A DNA stretch of 64,000 bases from Octopus vulgaris (taxonomy: Eukaryota): the NCBI GenBank assembly GCA_951406725.2, contig CATOCA020000001.1:9300001-9364000 (forward strand). The letters run 5' to 3'. The notes beneath the pieces are model-generated. The model was not told the DNA's origin. It did not search any database and saw only the letters and a program-made list of their open reading frames with translations. Position 1 is the first letter of the stretch. The number at the start of each line of letters is the position of its first letter. The position numbers and the translations under genes are program-made. Of the stretch, positions 14,112 to 26,495 are shown piece after piece.

Positions 14112-14205
14112 TATTTCATTCTACACGTGTTTCGAAAGGCACAAATTACCAAAATCCGATGGAATAATGGGACCATATTGTGTCTTTCTCTTCAGGAAGA
14201 AAATA
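14112..14205 (-). ncRNA. Type I hammerhead ribozyme motif (mirror copy in left arm)
   Basis: Reverse complement of the 14317-14410 motif. Confidence 0.76.
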
Positions 14206-14316
14206 GGAAATCCGTTGGAAAAACAAAAACAGAACAAACAGAGCACAGAGGCGGAGCATAGTTCGATTTGTTTTTGCTCCGCCTCTGTTCTGTTTTTGTT
14301 TTTCCAACGGATTTCC

Positions 14317-14410
14317 TATTTTCTTCCTGAAGAGAAAGACACAATATGGTCCCATTATTCCATCGGATTTTGGTAATTTGTGCCTTTCGAAACACGTGTA
14401 GAATGAAATA
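14317..14410 (+). ncRNA. Type I hammerhead ribozyme motif (right arm of palindrome)
   Basis: TTC-CTGAAGA-GAAAG...CTTTC-GAAA-CACGT-GTA|GAA; palindromic stem III ACACGTGT; predicted cleavage after 14400. Confidence 0.78.
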
Positions 14411-14465
14411 AAACGATTTCTGTTCAATCTGCGTTCAGCTCCATTTCTTCAATTCACCAATAATG

Positions 14466-14467
<2 letters not shown>

Positions 14468-14508
<41 letters not shown>

Positions 14509-15030
14509 GTACGTAGGTAGTACGTACGTACGGTGTATGTATGTACGCATGTATGTATATATGTATGTTTGTTTGTCTGTATGTATGTATGCATGTACGT
14601 GTGAAAGTGTGAGTATGTATGCATACACATACATACATACATACATATATACATACATACATAAATATATATATACGTACTACATACATACATACATACA
14701 GACAAACAAACATACATACATACATACATACATATATACATACATGCGTACGTACGTACTACCTACGTACATAATACATACATACATACAGACAGACAGA
14801 CACACATACATACATATATACACACGTACATACGTACTACCTACGTACATACATACATGCATATATACATACATACATACATACATATATACATACATAC
14901 ATACATACGTACATACGTACTACCTACGTACATACATACATACATACATATATTCAAACATACACACACACACACATACACACACACACACACACACTCA
15001 AACATACAAACACGCACATATATTTATATT
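14468..15030. repeat. (TA)n/(TACA)n/(CA)n compound microsatellite
   Basis: Visible simple repeats. Confidence 0.9.
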
Positions 15031-15038
15031 TATTGTTT

Positions 15039-15415
15039 ACTAGCAGTATCGCCCGGCGTTGCTCGGGTTTGTAAGGGAAATAACTATAAAGCATTTTTAG
15101 AGAGTTATAGCCAAAAAAATGGAAAAAAAATTATGGTATTTTTTTTTTTGAGAGTTAAAACGGCCGAGTTGCGTCCCCTAGACAGTCTGTGGTTTGTGTT
15201 TCTGATTCTCGACCCCATGTCGAATTTATCGATTTTTCTCAGAACTGGGGGAACTTTTCAAAATTTTCTCTGCGCTAGTTTTGAATTATGACATTGGGCT
15301 ATGTGTGTGTTAAGTTTCATCAGAATCGGTTGAAAGCTGTGGTCAGGGTGAGGGTACAACCTAACAGACACACAGAAACACACACAGACAAAATGCCGTT
15401 TATATAGAGAGAGAT
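15039..15415 (+). mobile_element. Probable non-autonomous Helentron/HINE-type element
   Basis: Starts ACTAG followed by hairpin CCCGGCGTTGCTCGGG; ends with ACAGACACACAG...TTTATATAGAG, a DINE-1/HINE-like layout. Confidence 0.5.
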
Positions 15416-15439
15416 ATTTACTATTTTTGTTGTTGTCGT

Positions 15440-15740
15440 TGTAGCTGGTACTCCGTCGGTGACGACGACTAGGTTTCCAGTTGATGCAATCCACAGAACA
15501 GCCTGCTGCTCGTGAAATTATCGTGCAAGTGGCTGAGTACTCCACAGACACGTGTACTCTTAACGTAGTTCTCAAGGATTTTCAGCGTGACACAGAATTT
15601 GACAACGCTGGCCCCGTTTGTATTACAGGTACAACTCATTTTTGTCAGCTGAGTGGACTGAAGCAATGTGAAATAAAGTGATTTCTCTTAGGGACACAAC
15701 GCGTCACCATGTATCGAACTCTTGACCTTACGATGAGGTT
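15440..15740 (-). mobile_element. SINE of a second family (related + copy at ~11745-11960)
   Basis: Minus strand B-box-like GTTCGATAC followed by ...CACATTGCTTCAGTCCACTCAGCTG, shared with ~11815-11850. Confidence 0.65.
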
Positions 15741-17526
15741 GCTAATGAGAGAGAGAGAGAGGGGGAGAAAGAGGGAGAGGGAGAAAGAGTGTGAGAGAGG
15801 AAGAGAGTGTACTAAAACTGTCCTTCATTTTACTTGAAGATACTTGGCTGTTATTTCTAGCATAATGTGAGACCACTTAGAGGATTATACTTTACAGATG
15901 CTTCTTGACGTGCTCTTCGATTTTGGATGACAAATAATGCAGATTCAGGGCCACTTAGCCGTTCTTTCGAAGACCAAATGAGCAAAACGATCGCATGCAT
16001 TTGGCGACTCGATTTGGCGTTTAGGGTCCTGCTTAGCAGAGCGACTACACACAGGAATCTTCTTGAGTGTCGTCTGGGAAGCCACACGACCCACTTTACG
16101 AGACACGGTGCCATAGGATGTAGGGGCTGTGCCGTACGAGGCAGCGATTTTAGTCTTATCCTTCGACACAAGCTACACACTCGAACGATCGACCACGCCT
16201 TCCACCGAGGCAACATCGTCTGCAGCAGTTAACCGTGACGATTCAGTGGAGGAACAAACTCGATACATTGGCCAAGGATCAAAGTCAAACGGCGAAGAAG
16301 ACGGCTGCAACCTTCGGGTGAAGCTCCTTCTAGGAATAGTTCTTCGAGAAGTACACGCATCCGTCTCCGTCTTTGCAGCCGACCCGAAACTTCGACCTTC
16401 TTTCCGCCATGATCAGAGTAATCACCAGCGTCGGCTTGTGTGTGTGTGTGTGTGCATGTGTGTGTGTGTGCGTGCGTGTGTGTGTACGTACGCCACTACA
16501 AGTGTGCACATATATGTATACATTTACTAGTAAACGTACGGGTGTGTCTGGTCGCCTGATGGCTGAATCTGCACCCCAGCGTGCTAGACATAAAGCATAC
16601 GCCAAACAGTCTCTCAAACGACATCTCCCTAGATCTTAAAGTAACCGTGATGACAGATCTTTACCGTCATAAACCGTAGGACTGTAAGAGTTTACGACCT
16701 ACGTGGATCAGGGTGAACGTGGGTGTCTACGTCTTTGTGAGGATTATGTGCGTGTATTTGTGCCTGTGTACACACCACCCCCTATTAGCAAGTATAATAC
16801 CCCTCCCTCCCTTTAAACTTAATGCAGTCTAATCCTTCTCTTACAGGTCTCACCCTATCTCTGTTTCTTTCCCAAATACTTTCTCTTGTATATTTTCTTT
16901 CCTTTCCAATAGTTTATACGTCTGCATTTACAATTCTTTACAATTATTGTTTATGAATAGGATAAGGACAATCGTAGCAACGTCGGATTCCTTAATGAAG
17001 CGGGCAAATAACATGATTGCCTGAACTAAATATTTTTGGTGGGAATTGATGTAACACAATATGATGCGCAGCATCCCACACCCGCAGGGATCAGTCGCGG
17101 GATGGGTGGAAACAATCATCATACAAAATAAAAACTAATACCAAATCCTTCTTCTGTTTCATTAATCGATTATTATCTCATCTAACTCTGTGGAATTCCT
17201 GAAGTAGATCCAACGGAAATATACCCCAAGTGCGGATGACACCAGGTAGCCCCAAACTGTGCCAGTGCTTTACTCAACACATCAACGCACTAATTGACAT
17301 ATACTCATTAGCCCAATAATTACATATGTATATATGTGCGTATGTGCGTATGTATGTATTTATGAATCTATGCATGCATCACCTCGCTGCATTTCTTCCT
17401 TTGTCTCTCTCTCTCTCTCTTCCTCTCTCTCCATTTGTCCCCTTCTCTCTCCCTTTCTACTTCTCTTTCTTCTCTTTCTACTACCTCATTATATAACACC
17501 GCCTAATCCGGTTTCTTTCTCAAATC

Positions 17527-17527
<1 letters not shown>

Positions 17528-17564
<37 letters not shown>

Positions 17565-17637
17565 AGAAAGCATATACACCATTCTGCTTTTATCTCTCCC
17601 ACGTTCTCTATTTTTGTCTCTCTGTGTCTGTCTCCGT

Positions 17638-17678
<41 letters not shown>

Positions 17679-17751
17679 AGAAAGCATATACACCATTCTG
17701 CTTTTATCTCTCCCACGTTCTCTATTTTTGTCTCTCTGTGTCTGTCTCCGT

Positions 17752-17790
<39 letters not shown>
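17528..17790. repeat. Tandem duplication of a ~115-bp unit bounded by (CT)n
   Basis: CTTTCTCTCAGAAAGCATATACACCATTCTGC...GTCTCCGTCCC occurs twice in tandem. Confidence 0.92.
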
Positions 17791-17793
<3 letters not shown>

Positions 17794-17949
17794 CCTCATC
17801 ATATTTCTGCCTTTATCATTCCGCGTCTCTCTTGCTACTCCTCTCGTCTCTTTCTTTCTCCCTAACTTACTGAACAAGTTCTGATCAAGAAGTAGCCGGA
17901 CTATAACAAGAAAACTACAATGCGTACCAATCCGGTACTTCATTTCCTG

Positions 17950-20035
17950 CGAAGAGTTGTCCCCTTCTCAAGCCACACGTTTCATCCAACGTCCTTTCCA
18001 TCTAGAACAAATTCGTGCTGTTTATTTGCTAATTGCTTCCTTTAATTGCTCTCTATCGACATACATCAGTTCCGCAGACTACTTGCCTGAAAAGATATTA
18101 CACGACAAACTCTCAGGAATTGTGTCAATGCTACATCATCCACCAACTCATTTCTGCATTTCTTTAGTACACTTTCGAAAGTTCTCATAAAGCGTTCAGC
18201 TTGTCCGATCAACCTTGGATGATACGGAGGAATAGTCATATGTTCAATTGAGTACATCTTGCAAAAATTCTTATATTAATTGGCCGTAAATTCTGTACCG
18301 TTATCGGAGACGACGGATATACGGAACACCTGACTTAGCAAAACGTTCGTGTAAAAATTCCACTTTAACGTGGAGGTCGTTTCTCTACATTTAAACATTT
18401 CTGACCATTTTGTAAAGTTATCAACCACTATTAGATAATATGATCGGTTAAAACGGTCCTGCGGAATCTGTGTAACCTGGTCCATGGAATATCGGTCTTG
18501 GGCCAAGGTTGAAATTATATGTCTGGTCATTTCGCTGCAAGAGCACACCCTTTGCAGGATTTTACCAACTTCTCAATATCTAGATACATTTTCGGCCGTA
18601 AACATAGCTCCTCATAAGCGTTTTCATCCTAGAAATTCTTGGATATCCAGTGTGGAAATCCTTTAACATTTCATTTTGTATTCAGACAGACATTACGGCC
18701 CTTTGTGCAATACATAAGCACCTTATCACACATCGAATACAGTTTCGAAACTGTGTTACGTCCAGCCACATTTTTTCTTGTTTCTTCTGATTTCACTATT
18801 TTTTCATTTTCATCATTAACTTGTCCGTCTCTATTTTAATTCTTATTTCTTTCAATGTGACAGGCAATTCACGCACAACGTTACAAAATATTCTTTTTAA
18901 ATTTCATTCTCGGCTCTTAACACCGCTATCAGTGTGTCTTCTGACCTCGACAAACCATCTGCATGTCCCAATTTTTTAGATGGAAAATACTCCATCTTGA
19001 AGTCATAATTCAGTAGGATCGTTCCGCACTGCTGAAGTCTGTGGGCTGCATGTGTGGGAATACTCTTTTTTGATCCATAGATTGACAATAATGGCCAGTG
19101 ATCCGTATGCAGACGGAATCGTCTTCCATGTATAAATTCATGGAACTTCTTTACCGCAAATTTCATGGCTGATTTTTCCTTCTCTATTTGACTCTAACTT
19201 TTCTCAGCCGGAAATAAGGAACGCAAAGCATGAGCTACAGCTTTCACGATACCATCTTCATATTTGTGTAAAATTACAGCTCAAATACCAAATTTCACTA
19301 GCATTTGATGCCACTACCATTTCTAAATTCGGGTCAAAACGTGATAAAGACAATTCTGACGTTAAGATACTTTTAATTTCTTTAAAATCTTTTTGGCATT
19401 TGTCCGACCAGTTCCACTTAACAAGTTATTCAGCAGTGCTCTCAAATCATGCTATATATACTTGGTAGTAATTTGCGAGCCCCACCCCAATGCTTGTAAC
19501 GTTCTAATGTTTGTCGGATGAGGCATATTCTATATTGCACTCGCCTTTGACGAGTCTAGTCTACGTCTATTTTTATCTGTAATCTGCCCCAGATATTATA
19601 TTCTTGGCATAAATGATTCACACTTGCCCTCGCTGAGCTTAGACCCATAATCTTTTATCTTTTCGAAGACCTTTTTAACATGCCCAGCATGCTGACTCCG
19701 AGATTCACATTTTCATGAGTATATCGTCAAGGTAAGCTATATCGAAATCCGAACCTGCGAGAATTGTGTCCATAACGTGTTGGTAAATGCCTGGTGCTAC
19801 GTTTATACCAAACGGAAGAAGTCAATTAAATTTATACAACACTTTATGGGTATTTATTGTCAATAATTTTGAACATTCCTCATCAACTTGTACCTGCAAA
19901 TATGCTTCAGAGAAGTCCAACTTTGAAAAAATTTCCTCCATTCAACTTTGCGAAAATTTCCTCTGGATTTAGTGACGGATAATTACATGGCAACAAAAAT
20001 TCGTTTAAACCTGTTGAAAAATCAGTGCAAACTCG
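17950..20035 (-). mobile_element. Decayed Ty3/Gypsy pol (RT, RNase H, integrase)
   Basis: FSKLDFSEAYLQ, AYLDDI, FAVKKFHEFIHGRRFRLHTDH, YLIVVDNFTKW, VSDNGTEFT and PPYHP...QAERF in broken frames. Confidence 0.92.
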
Positions 20036-20069
20036 TCAGTCCTCTTAAAATATTTTTATTATTATTGCC

Positions 20070-20340
20070 TTTGCACTGTTTCTAACGCTGGAGATGTACT
20101 ACAGTGTCAGCTGTTCACTACTAGTGAACTAAGGTAACACCTCTTATTTCTCAAGAACCTTCCGGAATATTCGAGCGATTCCAAGCAGTGCTGTTTTCTG
20201 CAAGTGCCCCACCCTTATTGTAGCCTCTATTTGCTCCGACAATTATTGGTACTACTACCACCATTTTCATTAACCATATCTGCTTAACCTCCCAAGCTAA
20301 CCCGTCATATATATCACCTTTTCTTCTCTAGATCGATAGA
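20070..20340 (-). mobile_element. 3' end fragment of the R4/Dong-like LINE family seen at 35810-37320
   Basis: Reverse-complement similarity to 37170-37310 (HLQKTALLG; GGTGTTACCTTAGTTCACT). Confidence 0.75.
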
Positions 20341-20399
20341 AAAGTCCATCATCATCATCATCAACATCATCATTATTATCATCATTATTTTTATTATTA

Positions 20400-20878
20400 T
20401 TCTATGTTTGACTTTTGCTTTACATTTGCACAAGCTGGCTCCAAGTCTTACCCAGAGACCTCAAGAGACAACAAGTTGGAAGTTCATGTTGGTGTTATGC
20501 CTAGTGTGCCATATATTTGGTTTTGTACTTAGTGTTGTACTAGTGAATGTCTAAAAAAACACGAAAATTAAGTTTGTTTTAAAACTTGAGATAACGAAGA
20601 AAATATTTTGCATAGGATATGAGCAGTTCCCATGAGCACTATCTTTTGAATTTCTGCCATTTTTGGGTTTCATGGTATCTAAGATAGGGAGCAATCAGCC
20701 CCTTTTGCTACTATTCCCAGGGCACCTATGACAACAGGTATTGTTTTAGTCTTCAGGTTCCCCATTTTGCTGATTTCTATTTCAAGATCTTTATATTTGC
20801 TCAGTTTTTGGTAGGTCTTGACAGATACGTTTATATCGATTGGGACAGTCATTTAGTTCACGTAGTTCAGTTGGGTCA

Positions 20879-20909
<31 letters not shown>

Positions 20910-22755
20910 GTTTTCAATGTTATCTTTCAATTCTGTTTTAATTTTTTTTCGAGAGTCTTTCTGACACTTATCTCAGAGAACCGCACTGTATACATTGGTA
21001 GATCATTGAGATAAACAAACCAGAATAGTCATTTACAAAGTCACGTGAAAGGGAAGAAAGAAAGAAAGAAAGAAAGAGGAAAAGAGAAAATAAGAAAAGT
21101 AAACTGTTGTGGTGAAAGACCTTAACACCCCTGTGTGTTTAAAAGATGGATTCGTCGGGATGTTTATCGTTGATGACGACAGAGGGCGTTTTGGAGTTTC
21201 TGTGAGCAGTAGTAGAAGTAGGTTGTGTGAAGACACTGCCTTACCTCTGCTGCGTTATATCATTTATCCAAACGTTTAAGGATATGAAAAGAATGGCGAC
21301 GCGGTATTCGAAAGTTGCAAAAGACGTCAAAATTGAAGGAAACATGTTCTTTGTCTGAAGTCTTCCAATATCATGTCTGGCCTTTTCGCGTCTATCTTTC
21401 TGTCGGTTTGAATGGTGAAGTTCCAGAGGAGTGAGATGTGGTCATTTTCAAGCACTTGAGGTGGTTTGTGTTCCCTCCAGTTTTTTTCATGGGGCAAATC
21501 CAGGTTTTTGCAAATTACCCAGTGAATATATTGTGCAGCTCTATCGTATCTGTTGAGATACTCTGTAGGCGCTAGAAGACTGCATTTGGAGACAACATGA
21601 TCAATGGTTCCATTTTGTTGTTGACATACACGACATGTTGGACTACTGCCGTTCTTTAATATGTTGACCTGGTCGTTCCTTGTAGGTAGGCATTGATCTT
21701 GAGCTGCTAAGATAAACCCTTCTGTTTCAGATTTTAAACCAGAGGCCATTAGCCATTGATGGCTCAGGCCTTTGTCAACATCTGCATTATTCACTCTCTT
21801 TGGGTATTTGCCATTTAGAGGTTTTTCTTGCCATTCATAATTCTGAATATCTAAGGCCACAGTTTTAGCACAATATTTCATGCGCTTAGCTTTTTCTCTG
21901 CCTGTTTCTTGTATGTCTATCTCTAATTCCGAATTTTGTGGTATTCGGAATTCACTTAGATATTCCTTTGCCTGTTTTGTGACTGAGTATGATGCTTTCT
22001 TGATTACATTTTTTGAGACAAATTTTAACATCCAGTCCTCAGAGTTTTTCAGGTAGGTGTCTAGGCCAATTGTAGCAACCTTCATTGTTATTGCCAGTTG
22101 CAAAAGACCACGGCCTCCCTCTTTTCCTGGTAGATAAAGTCGATCTATATCTGCCTTAGGGTGGCGTATTCTATGCATTCTCAACAGTTTTCGTATTTCT
22201 CTGTCAAGATTACATATTTCAGTAATTGACCAGTTAATGATTTTGAAACTGTAAGTCACGACTGGTATGGCTAAAGCATTGATCGCTTCGATCCTGTTTC
22301 TTGCATTCAGCTTTGTCTTGAGTATTGCTCTTATTCTGCGATAACAGTCTCCCCTGATCCTTTCCTTCATCATTGAATGCCTTATTCCGTTCCCTTCAAT
22401 TGCCCCTAGGTACTTGTAGCTCTCCACTGGGTCTAACATTCTACTGGTCGAGGTAAACATCAGATGTTTCTGTCATTTTTCCTTTGATAAAAGTATCTTT
22501 TGCACATTTATCGAGGCCAAATTGCATTCTGATGTCATCACTGGATTGTTTAACAATCGCTAGTAAGCCCTTGGGTTGTTGGTCATTTTTTGCAAAGAGC
22601 TTTAAATCATCCATGTAAATGAGATGGTTTATATTTTTATCCAACATTTTATATCCGTGCTGTGCGTCATTGAGCAATATTGAGGGAGGTATTAAGGCTA
22701 AACAAAAGAGGAGTGGTGATAGTGAGTCACCCTGGAAAATGCCACACGAAATTCT
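20400..22755 (-). mobile_element. 5'-truncated R4/Dong-like non-LTR retrotransposon (RT, CCHC, REL endonuclease), interrupted at ~20860-21330
   Basis: QGDSLSPLLF, HLIYMDDLKLF, YKYLG, GGRGL, CRVC...HVVSKC, RPDMI; frame resumes as TVPID...KLSKYKDL...IPVVIGALG near 20850; 3' end abuts an (ATT)n-like tract. Confidence 0.92.
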
Positions 22756-22756
22756 C

Positions 22757-23691
22757 TTGGATAACTGGGAAGTGGACGCTCCTATATAGAAGAAGGCATC
22801 GGTACCGGTTGTAGTACAATTAATAACTTCCCAGTTATCCGAGAGAAGTTCAAACCACTATTCAACATTTAGGGATAGTAAAAAACGACATACTACAGGG
22901 CTAAGTAAATTAGTTTGGCGTCTTAAAGACAACAATATAATTTTCAAGTTAGATTGGTTCATACTGTCTGTATCCTTTCCTTTTGATAAGGGCAGGAGAT
23001 TTTGTAATATTTGCAATTCTGAACTCTTCCATATTCGCTTCTCTAAGGTTCCCCTAGTAAACACACTCATAGAAAAATCATACAAATGTAAACACAGGCA
23101 GAAACACACTTTCTACTCATGTAAATGATAACGATAGTCACTGTGGTTTGAACAATTAGCTTTACGTCCACCCCACTTCTATAGAGAAATTCTTTCCTAA
23201 GCCTTCGAACATTCTTTCAATCAACGTACCCTTCCCTCTCCACTTGTTCCCTACCTATTATACCTTTATCCCTTCTCTTCCTACTATCTATCTTTGACGT
23301 CAATGCTTTTAACGGTTTTTTAAAAAAAACACTCATTATCGCTTTGTTTACCATGTAGGCAATCATCGAAATTTTTGTTTGTCTTGTTGTCGAGAGAGGC
23401 TCCCTTTCTTTCCTGATGAGAAGATTGCATAATGCACCCATTATTCCTTTGGAATGAAAACATGCTGTCTTCGAAACATATGTCGAGAGTAAAGGAATTT
23501 TGTTAACATCTTCGTTCGACTCCATTCTTTCATTTATTCCTATACAACACACAAATTTCTGTACATGAACCCGGAGTTTCTACCCTTGGACAGGTCGCTT
23601 CAACCGTGTTTCTGACGTGAATTTGCTACCCAGGTTTCGGTTAAACGAATTTTCCATGCTGACGATAAACATAGGATAATTCATTCACCTA

Positions 23692-23695
<4 letters not shown>
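22757..23695 (+). mobile_element. 3' fragment of a Naiad-type Penelope-like element (GIY-YIG C-terminus plus 3' UTR)
   Basis: Frame ~22850-23128: NHYSTFRDSKKRHTTGLSKLVWRLKD...DWFIL...FCNICNSE...CKHRQK*, similar to the C-terminus at 55246-55560; short IR at 5' junction; ends in (TA)n. Confidence 0.8.
23402..23496 (+). ncRNA. Type I hammerhead ribozyme motif in PLE 3' UTR
   Basis: CCTTTCTTTC-CTGATGA-GAAGA...TCTTC-GAAA-CATAT-GTC|GAGAGTAAAGG; stem III ACATATGT; GUC site after 23484. Confidence 0.82.
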
Positions 23696-23759
<64 letters not shown>

Positions 23760-23781
23760 TATTTATGTATATATATATATA

Positions 23782-24045
23782 TAAATTAATTGTTATCGCC
23801 ATATTAATATGTCATTCTTATAGAAATAAGAATAATCGCTGCTGCTGGTCAGCTCCATGAGGCCACCGCCATCACGATAGCTATTGATACACGACTGTAT
23901 CCATTATAACCTTGTTCGAAGGTTATAATGGATACAGTCGTGTATCAATTGCTATTGTGATGGCGGTGGCCTCATGGAGCTGACCAGCAGCAGCGATTAT
24001 TCTTATTTCTATAAGAATGACATATTAATATGGCGATAACAATTA

Positions 24046-24050
<5 letters not shown>
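23782..24050. repeat. Near-perfect palindrome (~132-bp arms, 5-nt loop GTTCG) embedded in (TA)n
   Basis: Arms are reverse complements with only ~3 mismatches; (TA)n on both sides. Confidence 0.96.
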
Positions 24051-24109
<59 letters not shown>

Positions 24110-24113
<4 letters not shown>

Positions 24114-24320
24114 TTAATCCAAACAAGAAAACACAAAAAAACACAGCAACGCGAGGACGTGGAACAAATAAAGTATTATTGGACGCTCAGGAAAGAAGGG
24201 AAGAAGGAGAGTTTAACGTTTCGAGCGGAGCTCTTCGTCGGAAACAAAGGAGAAGGAAAGATCCCGAGAAGGGAAGACAGAGGAAAAACAATGCTGGCGG
24301 TGCTCACGAGGTCACACATA
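24110..24320 (-). mobile_element. Short PLE-terminus-like repeat with minimal hammerhead-like motif (related + copy at 32300-32505)
   Basis: Minus strand CCGACGA-A-GAGC-TCC-GCTC-GAAA-CGTTA; the 32376 copy has CTGATGAAGAGCTCCGCTCGGAACG. Confidence 0.55.
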
Positions 24321-25026
24321 TATACATACAGTTTAGCGCATTCATAGGCTAACAAAACCCCAAAAAAAGGCCCGGGTAGCATAGGCTTTAATTATTATTT
24401 GTATATACATTTAAATAATTGTTATTTCAACTCAAGTTGCTTTTCGAACCAACCAACCAACCAACGTCGTAGGGTGAGGCATGATTGTGTGTGTGTGTGT
24501 GTATTAGTGTCTCTACCCTACTACTGCTTGACAACCTGGTGTCGGGGTATTTACCAATTTCGTGGATCGGCGGAAGATACCGATAAAAGAAGTACGAGGC
24601 TAAGCAAAAATAAAATAAAAAATAAGAAGTACTGGGGTCGATTCGGTCGACTAAAATTTCTTTTAAGGCAGTGCCCCAACATGGCCACAGTGTAATGAGT
24701 GAAGTAAGTAAAAAATAGTACGAATTAAGATTTGGAAGTTAAGGGAGGTAACTCTAAGTAATTTGCCTTATAAAAGCAGGGAAGAAATGCGATGCGATAG
24801 AGTGATATATAATGAAGAGGCAAGGGGAGTAAGGAAGAAAGAGAAGATGGAGTGAGAGTGGGAGGTAGAGAGGAAATACGAAAGCTAGAATGATTCTGTA
24901 ATATACAACAAGGTTAGAGAGAGGGGGAGAGGCGAGAGGGGCTGAGAGTGGGATAGAAAGAGAGGGGGAGAGAGACAGCATGAGAGAGAAGAGAGAGAGA
25001 GATTAATACGATGGAATGAATGTGTA

Positions 25027-25355
25027 TACAGGTGTGGCTGTGAGATCAAAGAAGTGTGTTTTCCAACCACATGGTTCCGGGTTCAATCCGACTGCACGGT
25101 AATATTGTAAAGTTTCCTTTACTATACGGTTGGACCGACCAAAGCCTTGTGAACGGATTTGGTAGATGGAAACTGAAAGAAGCCCGAAGTATGTATAAGT
25201 ATAAATCAACCGGTGTTGATGTATTTACGTCTCCGTTTGTTAGCGGTGCGGCAAAAAGAGATCGATTGGTTTATAAAATGTTGTCCTTGGATGGTTTTGT
25301 TCTATTAAAACCCTTCAGCATGGCCGCAGTCAGACAACTGAAATCAGTAAAAGAA
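25027..25355 (+). mobile_element. Octopus OK/OR-like tRNA-derived composite SINE
   Basis: GTGGCTGTG...CCACATGGTTCCGGGTTCAATCC...GGATTTGGTAGATGGAAACTGAAAGAAGCCCG; repeated at ~26773, 31330-31870(-), 51675, 53452, 58790-59100(-), 61510. Confidence 0.75.
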
Positions 25356-26109
25356 TACCAGGCTATACAGATGTGTGTGTGTGCCTCTGTCTGTCTGTAT
25401 GTCTATCTCTGTCTGTGTGTATGTGTGTGTGCGTGTGCATATGTATGTATGTAAATAATGTGTTGGTAGCAATTTTTTCATAGACGTTTCTTAAAATGTC
25501 TTTCACTTTTCTATTTAAAAATATATCACGGTGCTTCGTTTCTATCTCTAGCATAGTCCCAGACCATATAATGGACAATACTTGATAAATGCTTCGTAAA
25601 TTGTCCTTCAATGTTTTATATGAAAAACTACAGAGACATGAAGGCTATTGGTTGCTGCTTCTAGCTTTGTCATACCACCATTATGTCTATTTCTTTTCTA
25701 AATATGCCGTAAGTATCCTTCGCTTTGGAAAATGTAAATCAAAGTAAATTTGATGGTTCCCGTATCCTGTTTCGATATTCAAGAAAGGCAATAAATATAA
25801 AAAACAGGAATTTTTCTTACAGTGTCCTTCAATCTGGTATGAAATACAAGACGAGTTTGTGAACGACTCACTGTTATTTTTAGCATCATATGAACTCAGG
25901 TACAAGACAACTATTCTTGGAGATGTTTCTTAACCTGTCCCTGTATACCAAGATTATTTAATAATTTAGATTAATAACTCCATAACAATTATATAATTAA
26001 CAAATAGATGCAGATTGATCTTTGTGGTTCAGATGTTTGATAGCTCCGGATTTCCCAATGCCCTGAAATGGAAATGGTAGAAGGAAACTATGTGGAAGAT
26101 CGTCGCATA

Positions 26110-26258
26110 TGTGTGAGTGTGTGTGTGAGATTGAGTGTGTGTGTGTATGAGTGTGTGTGTGAGAGTGAGTGTCTGTGTGTATGTGTGAGAGTGAGTGTGT
26201 GTGTATGAGTGTGTGTGTGAGAGTGTGTGTGTGTGTATGAGTGAAAGTGTGTGCTTGT

Positions 26259-26297
<39 letters not shown>

Positions 26298-26495
26298 AGT
26301 GAGTGTGTGTGTGTGTGTGTATGAGTGAAAGTGTGTGCTTGTGTGTGAGTGAGTGTGTGTGTGTGTATGTGTGTGTGTGTGTGAGTGTGTGTGTGAGTGT
26401 GTGTGAGAGTGAGTGTGTGTGTGTGTGAGTGTGTGTGTGTGTGTGAGAGTGAGTGTGTGTGTATGTGTGAGTGAAAGTGTGTGAGTGTGTGTGTA
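26110..26495. repeat. (TG)n/(TGAG)n compound microsatellite
   Basis: Visible simple repeat; TH-rich ORFs are artefacts. Confidence 0.93.

Larger units (their letters stand above)
14055..14467. repeat. Near-perfect ~410-bp palindrome (~195-bp arms, 16-nt loop), probably an inverted Penelope-like terminus
   Basis: Mirror ORFs 14095+ and 14427- share the same N-terminal sequence; arms are reverse complements; loop 14259-14274. Confidence 0.95.

Noticed and set aside
14095-14427. Two 93-aa mirror ORFs as a gene pair
   Set aside because: By-product of the palindrome; non-ATG starts and no recognisable domain
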